Source of the DNA: a virus
DNA length: 64,000 nt
Direction: 5' to 3' (one strand)
IMG/VR virus record: IMGVR_UViG_3300035158_000293
Span: 1-64,000 of that record
Shown here: piece after piece, positions 9,566 through 19,070 of the stretch
How positions within the stretch are numbered: position 1 is the first letter of the stretch
How the letters are laid out: each line of letters opens with the position of its first letter
Made by a program: the position numbers and the translations under genes
Notes under the pieces: generated by a model
Database searches by the model: none
Told to the model about the DNA's origin: nothing
What the model saw: only the letters and a program-made list of their open reading frames with translations

Positions 9566-11842
9566 TCAAGCAAGCTGCGCTTTGAGGAACGCCTTGGTCT
9601 CTTTCGCACCATACCCGCGCCAACGCTTGAGTGCTTTGAGAAGCGTGGGAATGTATGCCTTAACTTTAGCATCTGAACCTTTCTCCACGCGACGCTCCAT
9701 CTCACGAATCGGGTCCATCGCTTCGATATTTCTACCACTCATGTCAGACGCCCAACCCCGCGCTAACCTCAACGCTTCTTGCATATCGGAAACCTTCACA
9801 GCTTCAAAAATGGATCGAACGCCCTCCGTACTTTCATACACGTCGGACGCTTTCACTTGCTTGTCGAAGTTGACTTTGGCCCCCTTCGCTGGGCCGGGGG
9901 TACCCTCCATCCGCCAAACAGTCTTGCCTTTGTACGTTCCAATGGGGAACAGCGTGCCGTGGACAGTAACCCACGAACCTTTGGAAGTTACAGCCGAGGG
10001 ACCAGCGATACCACCGGCTTCCATAGCCGAAAGCGTGCCATTGCGATTGAAGAGGTAGTCACCGTCCTTCACACGCCGGGCTTCGTCGAGTTCACTCTCG
10101 GGGAGTTTATCCACTTTAGCGATTGCCTGCTCGATGACCTGCAACGGGGACGCGGCCTGTATACGCTTGCCACCTACAGAAACCCACCATTGCGGTTTCC
10201 GAAGCGCCAAGTCGTTGCGGATGGTTACTTCCTTGGCCGTGTTTTGATTGACCAGTTTAATTTCACCACCCGTCGAACCCCCACTACCGTCGCTCTCCAC
10301 AGGTACATACTGTGTCACGACCCAATCGCCGAACTTCTGTCCTTGTTTGATGCGGGCTTCGTCAATGGATTCGTCTACTTCAAACTTGCGGAGTTTGTCT
10401 GCGTCAAGTTTTGCATGGAAAGCGCCGTAACCATACTTCTTGACCAAAGCCTTCCCATAGGGATCACGTAACGGTATCCGATACGTTACTTCATCGTCAA
10501 AACCGTACTCGTAAACTTCGATCTCCTTGTTACCAATCTCAAAGTCACAAGCTAGTTTACGGCCTTCGTCAATGGATTCTGGTATTACACGAGCACCAAC
10601 GCGCTTCGCGGCTTTCTTGATGTAATTGATGTATGTCTGGCTCACGTTGCCGTGCGGTTCCCCCAAACTGATCCGGTTGCCGCTACGTTGTGCGAGCGCG
10701 TTGCTGAACGTACTGTGGTACGAGGACATGAGGAAGGTATCCCCACCCTTCTCTTCCACCCACAAATTCTTGCCGGGCTTGACGTCTGTGTCACCGTCAA
10801 CAAACTTGTCTACTACGCGCTTGTCGCTCTTCTTCATTTTATACCCGGCGACTTCATCCACCATGACTTTCTCGTGCAGTTCTTCTTCGCTCAAGCCAAC
10901 GACTTCAGCAATCGCTTGTAGTGCCGCGGAAAGCTCCCAATCCGCTTTGGCATCTTCAACAGCTTGGAGTAACGCGGGACTTACTTGTGTGCTCGCGGCT
11001 ATGGCAGCGAGTTTTTTGTCGTCAATGTCCTCACGGCGCATCCGGGCGGCGCGTAGGCGCTTGGCCCGGTGCTTCTTTGCGGCTTTCTTCGCAATACGGC
11101 TCCGCTTGGGGTCCACCCGTTTACCGGAGCGTTTGCGCTTCTTACGCCAGAGTTTGCGTTTGCGTTTTTCTTTCGCGGTCATACGCCGCTCGTCGAGAGA
11201 CTCACCAAAAGTGTTCGCGCGATTGTCTGCCCACGCAACATAAGAGGTGAGAACAGGCTCTTCCCAATGCTCATCCCACACAACGGTGGTGGCGTTGGGT
11301 TCGTCCATGACGATGTAATAAGAGTTACCCTCTCTACCTATGCGCTTCCCTCTTCCGAGGTTTGCCCTTGCACCGTCTTCGTCCACCTCTTCGAGTATTG
11401 ATAGGACGTCTTCCAACAGACTCTTGGCCTTGCCTGCGTTCGCACCAACCATTTTCTTCAAAGGCTTGAGCAGTTTTTTCGCTACCTCTTTCTTCGTTTT
11501 TGCGTCGATCCGCCAAAAACGAAGAAGCCCCTTCTCCACACCTTGTTGGGTAAGGGGTGCGTAGTCCTCCAAGAACTCCTTGGTGTAATACGGATCGTCC
11601 TCTTCGTCGAGAGACTCACCCGTCTTCTTGCGCTTCTTCTTGAGATCAGCGAGGGTCTTTTTGTGCTTCTTCTTGCAACCCTCCTCCATCTTTTCGAGAA
11701 TCGTGTCCAGCAGGTAGTCAGCTTTATGGCTGTCGCCTTCCGACACGGCTTCATCGAAATCTCGGACCAACTCCTTGGGCACGTTGGTCTGAACTACGAG
11801 GTGAACAAACGCGGGTTCGGACGCGAATTCTCTGCAATTCAT
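9566..11842 (-). CDS. 758-aa modular protein (putative prohead core/internal protein)
   Basis: Repeated ES(L/I)DE motifs; an R/K-rich segment RMTAKEKRKRK...AKKAAKKHRAKR reminiscent of T4-like prohead core proteins. Confidence 0.7.
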   Translation of the reverse strand: MNCREFASEPAFVHLVVQTNVPKELVRDFDEAVSEGDSHKADYLLDTILEKMEEGCKKKHKKTLADLKKKRKKTGESLDEEDDPYYTKEFLEDYAPLTQQGVEKGLLRFWRIDAKTKKEVAKKLLKPLKKMVGANAGKAKSLLEDVLSILEEVDEDGARANLGRGKRIGREGNSYYIVMDEPNATTVVWDEHWEEPVLTSYVAWADNRANTFGESLDERRMTAKEKRKRKLWRKKRKRSGKRVDPKRSRIAKKAAKKHRAKRLRAARMRREDIDDKKLAAIAASTQVSPALLQAVEDAKADWELSAALQAIAEVVGLSEEELHEKVMVDEVAGYKMKKSDKRVVDKFVDGDTDVKPGKNLWVEEKGGDTFLMSSYHSTFSNALAQRSGNRISLGEPHGNVSQTYINYIKKAAKRVGARVIPESIDEGRKLACDFEIGNKEIEVYEYGFDDEVTYRIPLRDPYGKALVKKYGYGAFHAKLDADKLRKFEVDESIDEARIKQGQKFGDWVVTQYVPVESDGSGGSTGGEIKLVNQNTAKEVTIRNDLALRKPQWWVSVGGKRIQAASPLQVIEQAIAKVDKLPESELDEARRVKDGDYLFNRNGTLSAMEAGGIAGPSAVTSKGSWVTVHGTLFPIGTYKGKTVWRMEGTPGPAKGAKVNFDKQVKASDVYESTEGVRSIFEAVKVSDMQEALRLARGWASDMSGRNIEAMDPIREMERRVEKGSDAKVKAYIPTLLKALKRWRGYGAKETKAFLKAQLA

Positions 11843-11864
11843 GGTTGTCTCCGACGGTTCGGAC

Positions 11865-12248
11865 CTAGTCGAGACAACCCATGTGAGCGAACTGTCCCGA
11901 CGGCAAAACTTTTAGGTATCCGGGCATCTCGATCAGACACCCGCAAACGCAACACCTAATATAACGTGGTTCATGGTGTTGTCCAATAGTTTGCCCCGGT
12001 TTTTGACGCGAAGTCAAACGTCGGTACAGTTTGATGTGATATGCGAACCACCCGAAAACGGCAGGGTTGTTCTTATAACGTGTGTGTAAATCGCTAAACT
12101 CCTCAACACAAGCCGGACACACAGAAGCGTAGTTTTCACCCGTCTTAATTTTCGGAAGCGGCGGAACGGCAACTACTGTGTCACCGCAAATAGCACATTG
12201 AAACACGTAACACACTTGACTCTCGAGCAATGGCATCATCCTTTGCAA
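11865..12248 (-). CDS. Zn-ribbon hypothetical protein
   Basis: CAIC, CPAC, CCVC and HMGC motifs. Confidence 0.6.
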   Translation of the reverse strand: MQRMMPLLESQVCYVFQCAICGDTVVAVPPLPKIKTGENYASVCPACVEEFSDLHTRYKNNPAVFGWFAYHIKLYRRLTSRQKPGQTIGQHHEPRYIRCCVCGCLIEMPGYLKVLPSGQFAHMGCLD

Positions 12249-14581
12249 AGCTCTGTGTAACGGTCTTCAACATACTCGCGAGCCTCTTCACAGTCCGCGA
12301 AGAACTCCATATCCCCGGTCCTCTCCTCCTCGGGAAACGTCAAATTCTCGTGGTAGTACCCAATGTCGTGCCACGGCACCAACCTGCGGAAAACTTTGAC
12401 AACGTAAATAGTCCTGCCCCCGTAGGGAAGCTCCACCGTGAGGATGGTAAACTGCGCATCTGTGTTGCGCTTCACATCCACAATGGTACACGGTGGTGGA
12501 CCCTCACGCAAGAACAAGCTCACAGCATCCGATAAACGCGACGGGCCGTCCCCTTGCTTCACACGTTCTGCAAACGCGAGAATAATCTGTTTCAAAGCCA
12601 AACCGCTCGGTAAGCCGTAGTGATCCGAAACCTCATACAACTCTGTCTTGACCTCCTCAAGAGCCGCCTCCACAGCCTCCCATCGGCTTTCGTCCTGCGT
12701 CTTTTTCTTGGTCACTTTCGTTTTCTCCTGCCCCTCGGCTTTTGTATTTTCTGTTGTTGAAGTTTTTGTAGAAGCGACCTCTCCCGATAACTCGTAATAA
12801 GCCAACACAGCGGCCAACTCCTCTGCGGCCCACGTAGTATCAGGGGGGAAAGGTTTAGCATAGCCTTCCAAACCGTGTCTGATCCTATGACACAGGTGAC
12901 AAATTGCCTGTTTGACTTTTTTGCCTCTGATCCAACACAATGAATGGTGGCGTGTCTGTCCACAACAAGAACACACCTTCGTGGCAACATCTCCGTCTTT
13001 TATCTTCTGTGTGGCTATTATAACTTTTTTCTCCCAAGTGCTACGATATTGACAACTTGTGCATCGTACACCATGCGAACCCAACCTGCCGGATTTGTAC
13101 TTTAATGGGTATTCCTTAGCGCACTCTGTACACCAGAAGTAACCCTTTTTAGGCTTGCTCACCTTAGCCTCCTGTTTGATTTTTTGCGGCTCCTCAACCT
13201 TCTTGACACGGCGCTTGGCCCTGTGTTTTATGCGTTTTTTGTTTTTACTGGTTGCTCCGTTGAGAGGGTTTTGGTAACACCACTCATCCACATCCTTGCG
13301 AACAAGAGTATTTCGAGCAGTACCCCACTTCCGTAGTGCGGCCTCGCCTTCAGGCAAACCTAACGCTTTCGGTGTGTCCTTCGGGATAGCTTCGCGAGCC
13401 TTCCACATGCACACCCTGCAAACGATGTGAAAGCCATCAACAGAGCCACCTGTAAAATGTGAAAGAGGCCGTTCCACGCCACACTCCACACAGACCCTGA
13501 CCCCGCGATATTTCGGCGTATCCTCGTACTTCGCTTCATCCCGCGCCAGCGTTTCCGAAAGGACACAAACTTGACAAACGGGCGTGGACGACCGCAACTG
13601 TGACTTCCGGTAGTAAGCAGGTTTGTAAATGTACCCACAACGTGAACACTTGACATAACTGTATGTTACGTCTGTCTCCCTTTTAGCGGCCAAGAATAAC
13701 TGAGCCTTGCGCACGTTGGCACGAAAGACCCCGTCTGGACGTAAAGGTCGCACGGTCTTGCCTGTGGCTTTTACAAGGAGGCCATCATACGCCCGTTGGC
13801 ATAGCTTGCACCAATCTGTGTTTGCCGTGGTATAAAAAAGAGTCTGCGGTAGCGCGTCACCGCACAAAGGACAAACGCTCGTTGTGTCGTCCGCTTCATC
13901 GTAACCCTTTTTCAACGTCCCCCGTACAAAAACACAATCGGTGCAAACTTCCCCTTTGCCCCCCGACTTGTATGTGTTCTCTACTACGTCGCCACACACC
14001 TCACATCGAAAACACCCCTCCGATGGAGTTTGACTTTGTGTCAAAGGCGCGTCCAACACTTCTTCAGGACATTGTGTTTCCGTTTCTCCCAATCTCAAGC
14101 TTTCAGCCTGTTTGTAAGCCTTGTTCGCTCGTTCGACATCTCCAAGGGCTGTATAAAGATCGCCCACAAGGGCATAAAACTCTACATCGCGATCCTCACA
14201 AGACTCCTGCAAAGCGCTTTTCAAGCTCGTTTCTGCGCCGTCTGCTTCGTTCAAGTGGAGCAACACTCGCGCCTGTTGTAGATGCGCCCTCGCAAAGTTG
14301 GGTCGCTGTTCCACAACCCGTGCAAAGTTTTTTAGGGCCTCTTCCCAATCCCCCTTGGAAGCCCACACCAACCCTAAAAGGTAGAAAGTCCGGGGGTCTT
14401 TGGGTCTCGATCTCGCGGCTATCTCTGCATGATGGTATGCTCCCGGTCCATAGTTTAAGGCAACCAGAAGCTCCACAAGATCACACCGAGCCTCGAAATC
14501 GTTGGGGTCACGTTTTAAGCGTTGTTTCAAAAAATGTACCCGTAGGAACCTCTCCGTATCAGTCATTTCTCTCTTTGACAT
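12236..14581 (-). CDS. TPR-repeat protein with multiple CxxC zinc fingers
   Basis: Start moved to MSKREM. N-terminal TPRs (FYLLGLVWASKGDWEEALKNFARVVEQRPNF) are followed by about six pairs of CxxC motifs. Confidence 0.8.
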   Translation of the reverse strand: MSKREMTDTERFLRVHFLKQRLKRDPNDFEARCDLVELLVALNYGPGAYHHAEIAARSRPKDPRTFYLLGLVWASKGDWEEALKNFARVVEQRPNFARAHLQQARVLLHLNEADGAETSLKSALQESCEDRDVEFYALVGDLYTALGDVERANKAYKQAESLRLGETETQCPEEVLDAPLTQSQTPSEGCFRCEVCGDVVENTYKSGGKGEVCTDCVFVRGTLKKGYDEADDTTSVCPLCGDALPQTLFYTTANTDWCKLCQRAYDGLLVKATGKTVRPLRPDGVFRANVRKAQLFLAAKRETDVTYSYVKCSRCGYIYKPAYYRKSQLRSSTPVCQVCVLSETLARDEAKYEDTPKYRGVRVCVECGVERPLSHFTGGSVDGFHIVCRVCMWKAREAIPKDTPKALGLPEGEAALRKWGTARNTLVRKDVDEWCYQNPLNGATSKNKKRIKHRAKRRVKKVEEPQKIKQEAKVSKPKKGYFWCTECAKEYPLKYKSGRLGSHGVRCTSCQYRSTWEKKVIIATQKIKDGDVATKVCSCCGQTRHHSLCWIRGKKVKQAICHLCHRIRHGLEGYAKPFPPDTTWAAEELAAVLAYYELSGEVASTKTSTTENTKAEGQEKTKVTKKKTQDESRWEAVEAALEEVKTELYEVSDHYGLPSGLALKQIILAFAERVKQGDGPSRLSDAVSLFLREGPPPCTIVDVKRNTDAQFTILTVELPYGGRTIYVVKVFRRLVPWHDIGYYHENLTFPEEERTGDMEFFADCEEAREYVEDRYTELCKG

Positions 14582-14846
14582 CTGCGTCGCCCCTGTTTGA
14601 TCTGTCGGCAATTCTATCGGCACACGCCTGTAACCATGTGGAATACTGCCGCTCTTTCGGTCGGTAGTAATTCGCCTGAACCCGAAGCCAGCGCACCAGC
14701 CCATCATCAGCCCCTCGCCCTGTGGTTATAATTTCCAGCCACCGCTTGGCCCGTTCCGCCGCCTCTGCAAGCTCAAAGCGGCGGGCATCCACACAATAAA
14801 GCCTGAGCACGTTGATCAAACGGTCGCGGAAGTCCTCATGTGACAT
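14559..14846 (-). CDS. Hypothetical protein
   Basis: Start moved to MSHEDF; packed between neighbours. Confidence 0.55.
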   Translation of the reverse strand: MSHEDFRDRLINVLRLYCVDARRFELAEAAERAKRWLEIITTGRGADDGLVRWLRVQANYYRPKERQYSTWLQACADRIADRSNRGDADVKERND

Positions 14847-14848
14847 GA

Positions 14849-15334
14849 CTAGTTTTTCTTCTCTGGCGAGGCCATTACTGTGACCCACAAACGTAGACCG
14901 AGTTCCTTTGCCCACTTTTTGAGCGCCTCGTGGAGCTTGTCACAGTTGGCTCCTGCGAGTGCGTACAACGGATCGATAATAACGACTTTCGGGGCAGACT
15001 CGGAGTAGACACCCCCCTTGAGAGTTTTGACGGACTCCGCGTATTTGCGCTTGATGTACCCCAATTTGGTCTCGCTGTGGTTGAAGTGGCAAATCCACAG
15101 AGTTGTGACTTGATTGAGGCTGAGGTGTTCCAACCGCCTCGTTAGGGACACCTGCCGCATGTCACCGTTGAAGAGCACCGTACTCTTTCCCTCGTCGGAA
15201 GCGCTTCTGACGACCTTGTCGAGAACCACCGTAGTCTTGCCGGTGCCTGCTGAACCTGCGAGAAAACCAACCTCACCCACATCAATGGAATCGTACCGCA
15301 GATCGGCGTCGTCTGTGTTGAAAACTTTGGACAT
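14849..15334 (-). CDS. Small RecA/DnaB-fold P-loop ATPase
   Basis: FLAGSAGTGKTT (Walker A), VLFNGDM and VVIIDPL (Walker B), LKKWAKELGLRLWVT. Confidence 0.75.
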   Translation of the reverse strand: MSKVFNTDDADLRYDSIDVGEVGFLAGSAGTGKTTVVLDKVVRSASDEGKSTVLFNGDMRQVSLTRRLEHLSLNQVTTLWICHFNHSETKLGYIKRKYAESVKTLKGGVYSESAPKVVIIDPLYALAGANCDKLHEALKKWAKELGLRLWVTVMASPEKKN

Positions 15335-15380
15335 ACTGCCCCCTTGGGAAAAGCTTGTCTGCAAAATAAAGTGTAGTTAC

Positions 15381-16073
15381 TCAGCCGCCCAAGAGCCCTT
15401 CAGCGGCCAACCAATCCATTATCTCCGCTCGTGCGGCTTGAAGCGTGGGGTGGTCCCCGTTGCCTGCGTGTAGTGCCAACGCAGTCAAAATAGCCTGCAC
15501 CGGAGGGGTCCGCTTTGCTTGACCGCGCCTTCCGGGAGGAGTGAACATTATCTTGTACTGAATGTCACCCCCCTGCGCGAGCGTCTGCCCAATCTCGTTC
15601 TCTGGCACGTTGCTCTCGCTGGTGTCATCCTCGGCATCTTCCTCGGGTGCGTTTTCCGCCTCTATGTCCCCCAAAGGCGGACGAAACTCGCCCAGCGCCT
15701 CTTTCGCGTGCGTTGCAAAATCAGGAGCATCCTCGTCCAACTCGTCAGGCTCGGGTTCCTCTACAAGGACCGCGGTGTCGTTGTCGTCGGTCTCGTCCTC
15801 GTCGGAACCCTGCAACGCCTCGGGAATGTCGTAGTCCCCGCTGGCGTATCTCTCCCGCAATTCGGGTGCAACCTCCTCCCGGTCATCGACCGAAAAGCCC
15901 ATCAATTCGTGGAGCATATAAGGCGTCCACGACGGGAACGCAGGAACGAAGCCCCGCTTGCCCTTTTTCTCTCCATCGCTCTCGATCCAACCCTTCTTGT
16001 GGGCTGAACGCACGGTGCTCGGGGAAACATCTGCAAGCTCCGCTACCTCATTGGCATCGAGTTTGTCACTCAT
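15381..16073 (-). CDS. Helix-turn-helix DNA-binding protein (MerR/excisionase-like N-terminus, acidic C-terminus)
   Basis: LDANEVAELADVSPSTVRSAHKKGWI; GGAGG SD. Confidence 0.7.
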   Translation of the reverse strand: MSDKLDANEVAELADVSPSTVRSAHKKGWIESDGEKKGKRGFVPAFPSWTPYMLHELMGFSVDDREEVAPELRERYASGDYDIPEALQGSDEDETDDNDTAVLVEEPEPDELDEDAPDFATHAKEALGEFRPPLGDIEAENAPEEDAEDDTSESNVPENEIGQTLAQGGDIQYKIMFTPPGRRGQAKRTPPVQAILTALALHAGNGDHPTLQAARAEIMDWLAAEGLLGG

Positions 16074-16102
16074 AATGCCCTCCACGTCTGTGAATGTGTA
16101 TA

Positions 16103-16468
16103 TTATTTGTTTTGCTTATGTGCTTGTTTTATCCACGCCGCCAAGCGATGTACGACGTCGTTGGACGTGTGCCCATCGAATTCAGGAGCACACTCCGTAG
16201 TGCGTATATCGCAATCGTCGAGCAAGCCCCAAAGAGCTTCAGGAAGATGATACGAGATGTCGCCGGTCGGAAGGTGCATACCGGCGATAAACCAACCCGG
16301 CGTCCTTTTACCGTCGTCGTGACACCGAGCACGCCACGCCTTTTTGGGGTGACTAAGCATGAGCGCTATCAAAAGGTGGTTCCGGTGCGCGTACAACTCA
16401 CCGAACGTATGATAGCCGTCTGACAAAGCTTCGGGGGCCTCCCCGCCAAACTCACGTCTGTTCTGCAC
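16103..16468 (-). CDS. WDGH-type conserved phage protein
   Basis: SDGYHTFGELYAHR...GWFIAGMHLPTGDISYHLP...APEFDGHT. Confidence 0.7.
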   Translation of the reverse strand: MQNRREFGGEAPEALSDGYHTFGELYAHRNHLLIALMLSHPKKAWRARCHDDGKRTPGWFIAGMHLPTGDISYHLPEALWGLLDDCDIRTTECAPEFDGHTSNDVVHRLAAWIKQAHKQNK

Positions 16469-16515
16469 GGTGCAATCCTCTCGTGCGGTGTCGTCAAAAC
16501 GTGTACCGCAAATAA

Positions 16516-16560
16516 AGCATATGTCACGATTCGCAGTCTGTCAAGGATTTTTCAAAAAAT
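16516..16560 (-). promoter_or_regulatory. Strong sigma70-type promoter
   Basis: TTGACA (16539-16544), 17 bp, TATGCT (16516-16521), with an A/T-rich UP-like tract upstream. Confidence 0.8.
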
Positions 16561-16659
16561 AATCCGGTGGAAGGAGATTTGAAAAAGATATGGCGTGTAA
16601 CGCACAACGCAACGTGTATGGATACAAATACGAGTTTGACACAACGTCAAGGCAATTTC

Positions 16660-16929
16660 TCACTTCCCGCGGGCACGTTCATGACGATCCACAAACGCCT
16701 GTAGTTCTTCCGCGGATACATCCTCCCCTATGAGCACGTCCGCCAAGTCCTCATGCTCTTCAAGTATCTTGGCCACGTCTTCATCTGAAAGGGGTTTGTC
16801 CGGCCCACCGTTTTCGTCTGCCACTTCTATGACCTTCAGAATGCCTTTGTACAACTTGGTAGACCGCAAGCTGTCACCACACGTTGACGTTGTGCGTTCC
16901 TGTGGCTCTCTAACTTTTGTGTCGGACAT
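16660..16929 (-). CDS. Hypothetical protein
   Basis: 89-aa acidic ORF in operon context. Confidence 0.55.
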   Translation of the reverse strand: MSDTKVREPQERTTSTCGDSLRSTKLYKGILKVIEVADENGGPDKPLSDEDVAKILEEHEDLADVLIGEDVSAEELQAFVDRHERARGK

Positions 16930-16933
16930 GGAT

Positions 16934-17320
16934 TTAAGTCCCGAAAAGCCAATTCAACAGTTCTCTCACGAATATAATAAGCAGAGAGGCCGTACCAGTC
17001 ACTACCGCTGTAATTATTGCGGCGCGTTCCTTGCCTCCCATTTTGTGTTCGTTCATTTCGTGGATTTTCAACGGGGTACACTTGTATTCCATATCGCTTC
17101 TAGACTTGTCTATGGTGGCCAAAAGCTCCAAAGCACGCTCGATGTCTTCGGGGTCCAAAGCGTCACCGAAGACATCGAGTCTTTCCCTAAGCTCACCAAC
17201 GGCAGTATTCAAAGCCGCAATGTCATCTTGTGCTGTGGCGTGGTAGTGTTCGAAGAGTTCTCGAAGCAACTCCAACGCGGTCTTGTTTCCGTTCCCGCTG
17301 TTGTTGGTCATGTTACCCAC
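16934..17320 (-). CDS. Coiled-coil protein with C-terminal transmembrane segment
   Basis: Hydrophobic C-terminus AAIITAVVTGTASLLIIFVRELLNWLFG. Confidence 0.6.
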   Translation of the reverse strand: MGNMTNNSGNGNKTALELLRELFEHYHATAQDDIAALNTAVGELRERLDVFGDALDPEDIERALELLATIDKSRSDMEYKCTPLKIHEMNEHKMGGKERAAIITAVVTGTASLLIIFVRELLNWLFGT

Positions 17321-17358
17321 CGAGGCGTTGACGTTAATCGGAGCAATAAACCTTCCGT

Positions 17359-17386
17359 ATTATACCCCTCTTGGCCCTGTTGTCAA
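17359..17386 (-). promoter_or_regulatory. sigma70-type promoter
   Basis: TTGACA (17381-17386), 16 bp, TATAAT (17359-17364). Confidence 0.7.
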
Positions 17387-17754
17387 CTAGACCGAGGCAG
17401 CACACGACGTTTGAACCTGCGAACATGGGGCAAGGGCACGTAGACTTCATCCCCTTCAATCGTCGTAATGACGCACAACCCACGCTCAGGCTCAAAACTC
17501 ACCTGCCTCGCCATAAACTTCTCAACAACGGAGTCGAGGTAGTAAACCTCAAAGGTCATGGTCTCTCCACCACCCATCTCTTGCATAACCTCACGATTCT
17601 TTTGCCATATACCCTGCTGTAACGCCTTCGAAGATATGCCGAACTCCTCAGCCAAATCCTCTGTAAACGTAATGTCGTTGCGCCTGCCTTGCTGATACTC
17701 GTTTAGTCTCTGAAAGTAAGCATTTACCGCGGCTTCAATCTGAAATTCATTCAT
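17383..17754 (-). CDS. Hypothetical protein, possible HTH
   Basis: TEDLAEEFGISSKALQQGI; overlaps the ferredoxin stop. Confidence 0.6.
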   Translation of the reverse strand: MNEFQIEAAVNAYFQRLNEYQQGRRNDITFTEDLAEEFGISSKALQQGIWQKNREVMQEMGGGETMTFEVYYLDSVVEKFMARQVSFEPERGLCVITTIEGDEVYVPLPHVRRFKRRVLPRSS

Positions 17755-17944
17755 CGCTTTGCTTATCTCCTCTCTGCATGGTTATGGCTTTGACCGGACA
17801 CGTTTCTGCACATGTAGCACACCCTGTGCAACACGACAGCACGTTGCAAACACCTTCACGGTCAACAATAAGGGCTTCAGAGGGGCATACTTGGACACAT
17901 AAAGTACAGCCCACACAAACGGATTGGTCTACTACGGCCTTCAT
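17747..17944 (-). CDS. 2x[4Fe-4S] ferredoxin
   Basis: CVGCTLCVQVCP and CTGCATCAETCP motifs. Confidence 0.9.
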   Translation of the reverse strand: MKAVVDQSVCVGCTLCVQVCPSEALIVDREGVCNVLSCCTGCATCAETCPVKAITMQRGDKQSDE

Positions 17945-18141
17945 AACTTCATCCTTCGGTTATAGCAGGAGTACCCATGTTGGAAATACCTGACATCCGG
18001 GCCTGTAGGGTGTTTGCAGTATGCGGAATCCGAATACGTCCCCCGCACCCTGTATACGCAATCCTTGCACTTCAAACACCGCTGCCAAAACAACGGGATA
18101 ATCCGGCCCCAATACGATCTCATGAAGTCTGTCATCTGCAC
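17941..18141 (-). CDS. Small Cys-rich hypothetical protein
   Basis: CKDCVY...CKHP; ATGA overlap with the ferredoxin. Confidence 0.5.
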   Translation of the reverse strand: MQMTDFMRSYWGRIIPLFWQRCLKCKDCVYRVRGTYSDSAYCKHPTGPDVRYFQHGYSCYNRRMKL

Positions 18142-18743
18142 CTTGTTTGGTCCTTAGTGTAAATGAACAGACAGCCTTGTTGACCTCCAATATACATGGT
18201 GTCCATCTGTAACACCAACGAAGGATCGACACCGCGCACCGCGTGGACTACCATACCTCTGTCCCAAGCGGATTTAGGAATGGTATAAGGGTTGTCTCCC
18301 ACCTGACCGTGCCCCAACCACGCCTCACCTATTGGCAGGAACAAACATAGCGCACTATGAAAGCGCGTAACAAGGGCCTTTAATGTTGAAAGTGCAGGCT
18401 CATAAGGCAGGTATTCAAGGATACCCAACGCAAGAATGACATCGTATTTGGAAAGCCGATGTATAATCTGTGACACATCGCCTATATGCAGTTCATCGTA
18501 GAGGTCTCGAATCCACGGCAACCGCGTTATTTGAGCTTCCCAAATCTCGACGCCTTCTATGTGTACGCGCCATTCTTCAGGGTAAACACGCCCTGCGGGG
18601 GCTTCAAGGTGTTCACGGAGCAACAAACCCCATTTGCCGTAACCAACCCCGAGGTCTAAAACAGAATTGGGGCGTACCGACTCGATTACAGACAGCACCT
18701 TCGAAACGTGGTAGTGTGGTGTACCGCCCATCGGTAAACACAT
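18132..18743 (-). CDS. Class I SAM-dependent methyltransferase
   Basis: SVLDLGVGYGKWG (motif I), IEGVEIW, YDELHIGDV, YDVILALGILEYL. Confidence 0.85.
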   Translation of the reverse strand: MCLPMGGTPHYHVSKVLSVIESVRPNSVLDLGVGYGKWGLLLREHLEAPAGRVYPEEWRVHIEGVEIWEAQITRLPWIRDLYDELHIGDVSQIIHRLSKYDVILALGILEYLPYEPALSTLKALVTRFHSALCLFLPIGEAWLGHGQVGDNPYTIPKSAWDRGMVVHAVRGVDPSLVLQMDTMYIGGQQGCLFIYTKDQTRCR

Positions 18744-18758
18744 CTTGAATATGGAGAC

Positions 18759-19052
18759 TTACGCCTCAATGTCAATCAATGTCCCCACACCAAGGAGCAT
18801 AGCCCGTAGGTTTCTACTGCTGTCCTGAAAAGCTCTTCGTCCCTTGTCTTGTGCGCGTTTCACGCCTTGTCGTACTTCCGCTGCCCTCTGGCGTGTGACG
18901 TCCATGTTCTTCTTGCCCTCAAGCCCTCGAACGGGCTTGGCTTTGGCATCGGCTTGCAATTCCGACGTGACATTCCGCAGAGCCTCAACCCCTATGGCAT
19001 TAGGCCCTGTATACACAGCGTGAATCTGCGCTGGTTGTATGTGAATCCCCAT
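18759..19052 (-). CDS. Hypothetical protein
   Basis: 97-aa ORF with SD. Confidence 0.55.
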   Translation of the reverse strand: MGIHIQPAQIHAVYTGPNAIGVEALRNVTSELQADAKAKPVRGLEGKKNMDVTRQRAAEVRQGVKRAQDKGRRAFQDSSRNLRAMLLGVGTLIDIEA

Positions 19053-19070
19053 TGGGAGTCCCTTTCGTAG

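Noticed and set aside
10779-10793. TTGACGTCTGTGTCA near-match to the palindrome
   Set aside because: The spacer is 6 bp rather than 5; not counted.
14849-15334. Replicative DnaB helicase
   Set aside because: The ORF is only ~160 aa and lacks the N-terminal domain and later helicase motifs; it is kept as a generic RecA-fold ATPase.
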